A stretch of 64,000 nt of DNA from Terriglobia bacterium (GTDB lineage Bacteria; Acidobacteriota; Terriglobia; 2-12-FULL-54-10): contig CAXVYR010000004.1 in the NCBI GenBank assembly GCA_963666975.2, positions 928,001-992,000 of the forward strand, written 5' to 3'. Of the stretch, positions 58,892-64,000 are shown piece by piece. The position numbers were made by a program, and so were the translations under genes. Under the pieces are notes generated by a model, which had not been told where the DNA came from, did not search any database, and saw only the letters and a list, made by a program, of their open reading frames with translations. Within the stretch, counting starts at the first letter, position 1. Every line of letters starts with the position of its first letter.

Positions 58892-60352
58892 TTGGCAGAT
58901 ACATTTCCATATGAAGACCTGAGGGCTTTTGTGCGCGCGCTGGAACGGGCGGGCGAACTGAAGCGCGTCGCAGCGGAGGTAGACCCGATCCTGGAAATTT
59001 CCGAAATCGCCGACCGCGTTTCCAAAAACGGTGGCCCGGCCTTGCTGTTTGAGAACGTCAAAGGCAGCAGTATGCCGGTGCTCATCAATGCTTTCGGCTC
59101 CCCGCGCCGGATGGAGTTGGCGCTCGGTGTGGAGTCTCTTGATGAGATTTCCGGACGGATTCGGGAGTACTTGAACACGAAGCCGCCCGAGGGCTTGCTG
59201 GACAAGCTGAAGATGATCCCCCGCATGGCGGAGATCGGCGCGTTTTTCCCGAAGCAAGTCACCGACGGTCCCGCGCGCGAGGTGGTGCGGGAGGAGAATT
59301 TTTCACTCCTCGAGCTTCCCGTCTTGCAGTGCTGGCCGCAAGACGGCGGCAGAACCATCACCTTTCCGGCCGTATTTTCCCGGAACCCGGAGACGGGAAA
59401 ACGGAATTGCGGCCTCTACCGCATGCAGGTCTATGACGAGCGCACCACCGGCATGCACTGGCAGATACATAAACAGGGTGCCGAACACTTCCGGCGGGCC
59501 GGGAAAACTGCCGGCAACGGGCGCATGGAGGTGGCCGTGGCGATCGGAACCGATCCCACGGTTACTTTTTCCGCCATCGCGCCGCTGCCTCCCGATCTGG
59601 ATGAGATGCTCTTCGCCGGCTTTCTGCGCGGCAAGCCGGTGGAGATGATGCGTTGCCGGACGGTGGACATGGAGGTCCCGGCCACGGCCGAGATCGTGAT
59701 CGAAGGGTACGTGGACCTTGCCGAGCGCCGCACCGAAGGTCCTTTCGGCGACCACACGGGATTTTACTCCCTCGCGGACGAATACCCCGTCTTCCACGCC
59801 ACATGCCTCAGCCACCGCAAAGACCCCATCTATTCCACCACGCTGGTGGGCCGCCCTCCCATGGAAGACTGCCACATGGGCCGCGCCATTGAGCGAATCT
59901 TTCTCCCCCTCATGCAGCTCCAGCTTCCGGAAATCGTGGACGTTCACATGCCGTTTGAGGGAATCTTTCACAATCTGATGCTGGTCTCCATTCGCAAATC
60001 CTATCCCGGCCATGCCCGCAAGGTGATGAACGCCATCTGGTCGCTGGGCCAGGCGATGTTCACCAAGTGCGTTGTGGTGGTGGACGAGGACGTGAATGTG
60101 CAGGATGTGGGCGAGGTGGCTTGGAAGGCCCTGAATCACATTGATCCCGAGCGGGACATCCAATTTGTGCTGGGGCCCGTCGATTCTTTGGACCACGCCA
60201 GCCGGCTGGCGAACTTCGGCTCCAAGATGGGCGTGGACGCCACGCGCAAGTGGCCTTCGGAGGGCTTCCAGAGACCCTGGCCCGATGAAATCCGCATGGA
60301 CCCCAGGATCAAAGCTCTGGTAGACGCAAAGTGGAAGGACCTGGGGCTATGA
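58892..60352 (+). CDS. UbiD-family decarboxylase (menaquinone biosynthesis decarboxylase type)
   Basis: YEDLRAF, EISEIADR, GLYRMQV, EGPFGDHTGFY and GSKMGVDAT. Confidence 0.93.
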   Translation: MADTFPYEDLRAFVRALERAGELKRVAAEVDPILEISEIADRVSKNGGPALLFENVKGSSMPVLINAFGSPRRMELALGVESLDEISGRIREYLNTKPPEGLLDKLKMIPRMAEIGAFFPKQVTDGPAREVVREENFSLLELPVLQCWPQDGGRTITFPAVFSRNPETGKRNCGLYRMQVYDERTTGMHWQIHKQGAEHFRRAGKTAGNGRMEVAVAIGTDPTVTFSAIAPLPPDLDEMLFAGFLRGKPVEMMRCRTVDMEVPATAEIVIEGYVDLAERRTEGPFGDHTGFYSLADEYPVFHATCLSHRKDPIYSTTLVGRPPMEDCHMGRAIERIFLPLMQLQLPEIVDVHMPFEGIFHNLMLVSIRKSYPGHARKVMNAIWSLGQAMFTKCVVVVDEDVNVQDVGEVAWKALNHIDPERDIQFVLGPVDSLDHASRLANFGSKMGVDATRKWPSEGFQRPWPDEIRMDPRIKALVDAKWKDLGL

Positions 60353-60442
60353 CCGGGGGCGGTAAGAGAAAAAGCGCTCCCGCCCGGTAACTCTCGGCGG
60401 GGTTGCAGGTAAGTTATTACATTCCGGACAGTGTTGCGGCGG

Positions 60443-61048
60443 TTAATCCTCCGCCGGTGGAGCCTTGCGCTGTAATCTCAGGGTCAACAGGATCAGGACA
60501 ATGACTAACGCGACGGCCCCGGCGAAGGCGGGCCCTGAGTCGATGAACCAGTCCCACACCTGCTGTCCGTAGCGGACTCCCAACCATCCCTCCACAAAAT
60601 AACGGGTTCCACGGCCCACCAACAAAGCGAGGACAAACCGCTCCAGGCGGTACTGCGCCAGCCCCGCTGCAATCACAAACAGCTTGAAAGGCGTAGGAGG
60701 AGGCAGCACCGAAGCGGTAATGATAGCCAGCGCCCCGTATTTCTCCACCCAGCCTCGCACGCGAGGCAAGCCGGAATAGTTGGGGTTTTTCCTGCGTAAT
60801 ATTTCCTCTCCCTTGCGGGTCACAAAGTACAGCGCCAAACATCCTATCAGGGAACCGGTTGTGGCGGCAAAGACGTAGAAAAGCATCCGTGAGGGATTCA
60901 GGACGGATAAAGAAATCACCCACAGGTCCACTACGTTCGGCAGGGAAAGGAAGGAGGAATCGAGCACTGCGGCTGTAAAAAGCCCCCAGCCTCCCAGGGG
61001 AAGCAGGACCGTCTGTGCCCACTCGCCAAACTTTTTAAGAAAAGACAA
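60443..61048 (-). CDS. VTT/DedA-superfamily (YqaA-like) membrane protein
   Basis: LDSSFLSLP and LPPPTPFKLFVIAAG..GRGTRY. Confidence 0.85.
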   Translation of the reverse strand: MSFLKKFGEWAQTVLLPLGGWGLFTAAVLDSSFLSLPNVVDLWVISLSVLNPSRMLFYVFAATTGSLIGCLALYFVTRKGEEILRRKNPNYSGLPRVRGWVEKYGALAIITASVLPPPTPFKLFVIAAGLAQYRLERFVLALLVGRGTRYFVEGWLGVRYGQQVWDWFIDSGPAFAGAVALVIVLILLTLRLQRKAPPAED

Positions 61049-61201
61049 ATAATCGCCTCAGTGCAGAAAGAGACAGTCGCGGCGCAGGCACATGCCTCCG
61101 CACATCGGCACGGGGGCCAGGCGAGGAAGGTTGCGGTTCTTCGAGGCGGCACGCGGCCCCCGAAGGGCGCACCCGCCTCTGATGTCTGCACTCTTCTAAT
61201 T

Positions 61202-61253
61202 CGGTTCGAGAAAGCGGTTCGAAAGAGCGGCTAGAGAGAGCGGTTCGAGAAAG
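61202..61253. repeat. 13-bp tandem repeat x4
   Basis: CGGTTCGAGAAAG CGGTTCGAAAGAG CGGCTAGAGAGAG CGGTTCGAGAAAG. Confidence 0.8.
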
Positions 61254-61329
61254 AGGAACATTGCGTGCGGCGCGGACCTGCTGGCCTCTCCATGCATTGC
61301 CGCTCAGAAGGCCCGCAACTCCCGGCCCC

Positions 61330-62154
61330 TTAGTTGAAACTTTTGATCGCCGTGGCTTCGTCCGAAAAAACTTCAAAAACAGTGTAGAGCTTTGTGATCT
61401 GCAAAAGGTCGTGGACCTTCTTGGTCAGATTCAGCAGCTTCAGTTGTCCTCCTTGATTGGTGAGGCTGGTGTATCCACTGATCAGTCCGCCGAGACCGGA
61501 ACTGTCGATGTAGTTCACATCCGCCAGGTTTAACAGAATTTTCTTTTGGCCCTTGCCGGCCAAGTCCTGGAGCGCTTCCCGCAGGATGCTGGTCGCTTCA
61601 CCGAGAGTAATTCGGCCACTAAGGTCTACGATCGTCACGCTATCCACTTGCCGACTGCTTGCTTTTATGCTCACTTTGCTGTTCTCCTGGAGGGCAGTAT
61701 TTGAAAGATGTTTAATCATTCTGACCTCCATGCCACTGGAAGCCAACCGACGCATGATAACTTCATCCATGCAGTTTTTCATTAGAAAAACTCCGCGGCC
61801 CGACTGGCGCAGGAGATTTTCCGGATTCCGCGGGTCCGGCAAACAGCCGGGGTCGAACCCTTTTCCCTCATCTTGAATGGCGACCATTACCCCGGCTTCG
61901 CTCAACTCTGCCTTCAGAACTACTTTTTTGCCCGGGTCGCCGCAATTGCCATGAACCACAGCATTCGCCAGCGACTCTCTGACAGCCAGCCCGATCTCCT
62001 CCCGCTGCTGCTCGCTGAACCCCCCCGCTTCAGAAAACTGCAGGACGAACGATTCAGCCAAATTTACACTTTCCAGCGTGCTCTCCAGCGTGAGCGCGAG
62101 ACGCCTGCTTGGAGTATTCTTTGCCTCATCTCCGGAAATCCGCTGTGCCGTCAT
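61330..62154 (-). CDS. In-frame fusion of an RsbW-like anti-sigma kinase (HATPase) and a STAS anti-anti-sigma domain
   Basis: ESLANAVVHG, DEGKGF and SGRGVFLM, then VDLSGRI..YIDSSGLG. A TTGACA-16-TAATCT promoter lies at 62171-62198. Confidence 0.88.
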   Translation of the reverse strand: MTAQRISGDEAKNTPSRRLALTLESTLESVNLAESFVLQFSEAGGFSEQQREEIGLAVRESLANAVVHGNCGDPGKKVVLKAELSEAGVMVAIQDEGKGFDPGCLPDPRNPENLLRQSGRGVFLMKNCMDEVIMRRLASSGMEVRMIKHLSNTALQENSKVSIKASSRQVDSVTIVDLSGRITLGEATSILREALQDLAGKGQKKILLNLADVNYIDSSGLGGLISGYTSLTNQGGQLKLLNLTKKVHDLLQITKLYTVFEVFSDEATAIKSFN

Positions 62155-62211
62155 GATGAACCCGGCCACTAGATTACATGCGCCCTGTAAATTGTCAACA
62201 GGAGCGGTCCG

Positions 62212-62499
62212 CTATCGGTTCGTTTCACCGGTGTCTGCGTCGATATATGCGTCGATCACGCGCGCTTGCTTCAAATAGTGAGGCAACGCATACTCGGCCA
62301 GAAAGCTCTCCAGGATTACGACGGCGCCCCGCCATTCCCCGGCGGGATGAGGCGCGTTCGGCTCGTGCAAGCAAGAGCCGCTGCTTCCCTCTTCCGGACT
62401 GCAACGGCTGCTCTGAATCTCAGAAAAATGGCGCAGGCTTTCCCAGGCTTCGTTTCCTGTCGTCCCGCTGATATCGATCTGCAACCGCAGTTTCCGCAA
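62212..62499 (-). CDS. Hypothetical protein
   Basis: 3' part of ORF 62212..62709 that lies beyond the ilvD stop; TTG start after an AGGAAGG-like RBS. No recognisable family. Confidence 0.4.
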   Translation of the reverse strand: MRKLRLQIDISGTTGNEAWESLRHFSEIQSSRCSPEEGSSGSCLHEPNAPHPAGEWRGAVVILESFLAEYALPHYLKQARVIDAYIDADTGETNR

Positions 62500-62533
62500 G
62501 CCGCCGTTCCCGTTCCTTCCTAAAAAAGCTGCC

Positions 62534-64000
62534 TCACCCGCAGACCGCTCCTTTGGAGGCCGAGGAAACCAGCCGTGCGTATTTCGCCAAGGCGCCCGAC
62601 TTGTACCGCGGAGCGGGCGGCTTCCAGCGGGCCAGCCGCTTCTTGATCTCCTTGGCCGGCAAATCGACGGACAAAACGCGGCGCTCCGCATCCACGGTGA
62701 CGATGTCACCTTCCTTCAGGGCGGCAATCGGTCCTCCCACCGCCGCCTCCGGCGCCACGTGGCCCGCCATAAGGCCGTGCGTGGCTCCTGAGAACCGTCC
62801 GTCGGTCAGCAGCGCGACATGATCTCCCAATCCTTCGCCGTACAGAGCCCCGGTTACGGCCAGCATCTCCCGCATTCCGGGCCCGCCCTTGGGCCCCTCG
62901 TAGCGGATCACCACCACATCACCGGCCTTGACCTTCCCTTTGAGGATCGCCTTCATGGCGGCCTCCTCGCTGTCGAAGACGCGGGCCGGTCCTTTGAGCC
63001 GCAGCTTTTCGACACCGGCCGTCTTGACCACAGCGCCTTCCGGCGCCAGATTTCCCTTCAGGACAACCAGTGTTCCGGTGGGCGAGATGGGCGAGGAGAG
63101 GGCCCGGATGACTTCTCTGTTGCCGTTCAGCTTGCAACCCTTCAGATTTTCCCTCACCGTTTTCCCGGTGACGGTCAAGGCGTCTCCATACAGCAGCCCT
63201 GCCTTCAGAAGCATCTTCATCAGCAAAGGCACCCCGCCCGCCTTGTCCAGGTCCGCCATGACGAATCTTCCGCCCGGACGCATATCGGCAATGTGAGGAG
63301 TGCGGCGGCTGATGCGGTCCATATCCTCCAGAGTCAGCCGGACACCGGCTTCCTGGGCGATGGCCAGCAGGTGCAGAACGGCGTTGGTGGAACCGCCGCT
63401 GGCCACTACCACCGTGACGGCGTTGTGAAAAGCCTTCGGCTTGAGGATATCGCTCGGACGGATTCCTTTCGCCAGCATGTCGAGCACCGCCTCCCCGGAG
63501 CGGAAGCTGGCCTCCTGCCGCCGCTCGTCCACCGCCGGCACCGTCGCCGTTCCCGGCAAGGCCATTCCCAGGGCCTCAATGGCCGAGGCCATGGTGTTGG
63601 CCGTATAAAGACCGGCGCAAGACCCCGCGCCGGGACAGGCGCTGTGCTCCAGGCGGCTCAGCTCCTCGAGCGACATTTTTCCCCGTGCGTGCGCCCCGAC
63701 CGCTTCAAAAACATCCTGGATCGTTACCGGCTTGTTCTCGTGCTCGCCGGGAAGGATGCTGCCGCCGTAAAGGAACACGCCAGGAATGTTCAGCCGGGCC
63801 AGAGCCAGAAGCATCCCCGGCAGGCTTTTGTCACAACCGGCAATCGTCAGCAACCCGTCGAACCGCTCGGCCAGGGCCATCAATTCCACCGAGTCCGCAA
63901 TCACCTCCCGGCTGACCAAGGATGCTTTCATCCCCGCGTGACCCATAGCGATGGCGTCGCTCACCGCGATGGTGCCAAACTCAAACGGCGTGCCCCCGGC
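62534..64000 (-). CDS. ilvD: Dihydroxy-acid dehydratase (5' end outside the window)
   Basis: [40 protein letters not shown] and TDGRFSG. Confidence 0.97.
   Translation of the reverse strand, partial: AGGTPFEFGTIAVSDAIAMGHAGMKASLVSREVIADSVELMALAERFDGLLTIAGCDKSLPGMLLALARLNIPGVFLYGGSILPGEHENKPVTIQDVFEAVGAHARGKMSLEELSRLEHSACPGAGSCAGLYTANTMASAIEALGMALPGTATVPAVDERRQEASFRSGEAVLDMLAKGIRPSDILKPKAFHNAVTVVVASGGSTNAVLHLLAIAQEAGVRLTLEDMDRISRRTPHIADMRPGGRFVMADLDKAGGVPLLMKMLLKAGLLYGDALTVTGKTVRENLKGCKLNGNREVIRALSSPISPTGTLVVLKGNLAPEGAVVKTAGVEKLRLKGPARVFDSEEAAMKAILKGKVKAGDVVVIRYEGPKGGPGMREMLAVTGALYGEGLGDHVALLTDGRFSGATHGLMAGHVAPEAAVGGPIAALKEGDIVTVDAERRVLSVDLPAKEIKKRLARWKPPAPRYKSGALAKYARLVSSASKGAVCG

Larger units (their letters stand above)
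57938..58955. mobile_element. parE/parD-like cassette flanked by ~166-bp direct repeats of the queA-end/promoter/ubiD-start
   Basis: 57938-58115 (includes an extra 12-bp TTGGCAGATACA) matches 58790-58955. Confidence 0.85.

Noticed and set aside
61110-61141. SRP RNA (plus strand CAGG..GGAA..) or SAM-I riboswitch (minus strand ATCAGAG..GCAACC..GTGC)
   Set aside because: The SRP tetraloop stem does not pair and AGCAG is absent, and the SAM P3 pairing is incomplete. It is kept only as an unassigned structured-RNA candidate.
1-64000. CRISPR array or cas genes
   Set aside because: No regularly spaced repeat-spacer series. The repeats found are tandem, IS-related or dispersed, and no Cas-like ORF is present.

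Overview
Bacterial chromosomal window, probably Acidobacteriota (inferred from the GWxTD protein, carboxypeptidase-regulatory/TonB-type proteins and REP-like repeats). About 200-11070 is a decayed accessory island that ends in a tyrosine integrase directly upstream of tRNA-Leu(TAG). It holds a complete IS4-family element, a complete IS1380-family element, IS1380 relics, small cargo genes (several broken), three copies of a ~75-bp res-like site and an iteron-like palindrome. The rest is mostly core genes: thrC/thrB, a metal-uptake operon with a His-rich leader ORF, a fused 2-oxoacid dehydrogenase E1, udg, an aldehyde dehydrogenase, rimP-nusA-infB-ylxP-rbfA-truB, an orphan mglA, a sigma54 two-component pair, GH15/GT4, GWxTD, hsp20-clpB, mutS, ccsA-hemA-hemC, queA, a ubiD-family gene, an RsbW-STAS fusion and partial ilvD. 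Three toxin-antitoxin modules are interspersed. The most striking observation is that two of them (hicAB, parE/parD-like) have no recombinase yet sit between long direct repeats of host sequence (49 bp and ~166 bp). The substitutions in the coding parts of these repeats are all synonymous, which suggests a homology-anchored cassette insertion mechanism. All calls come from reading the sequence by eye; no database searches were run.
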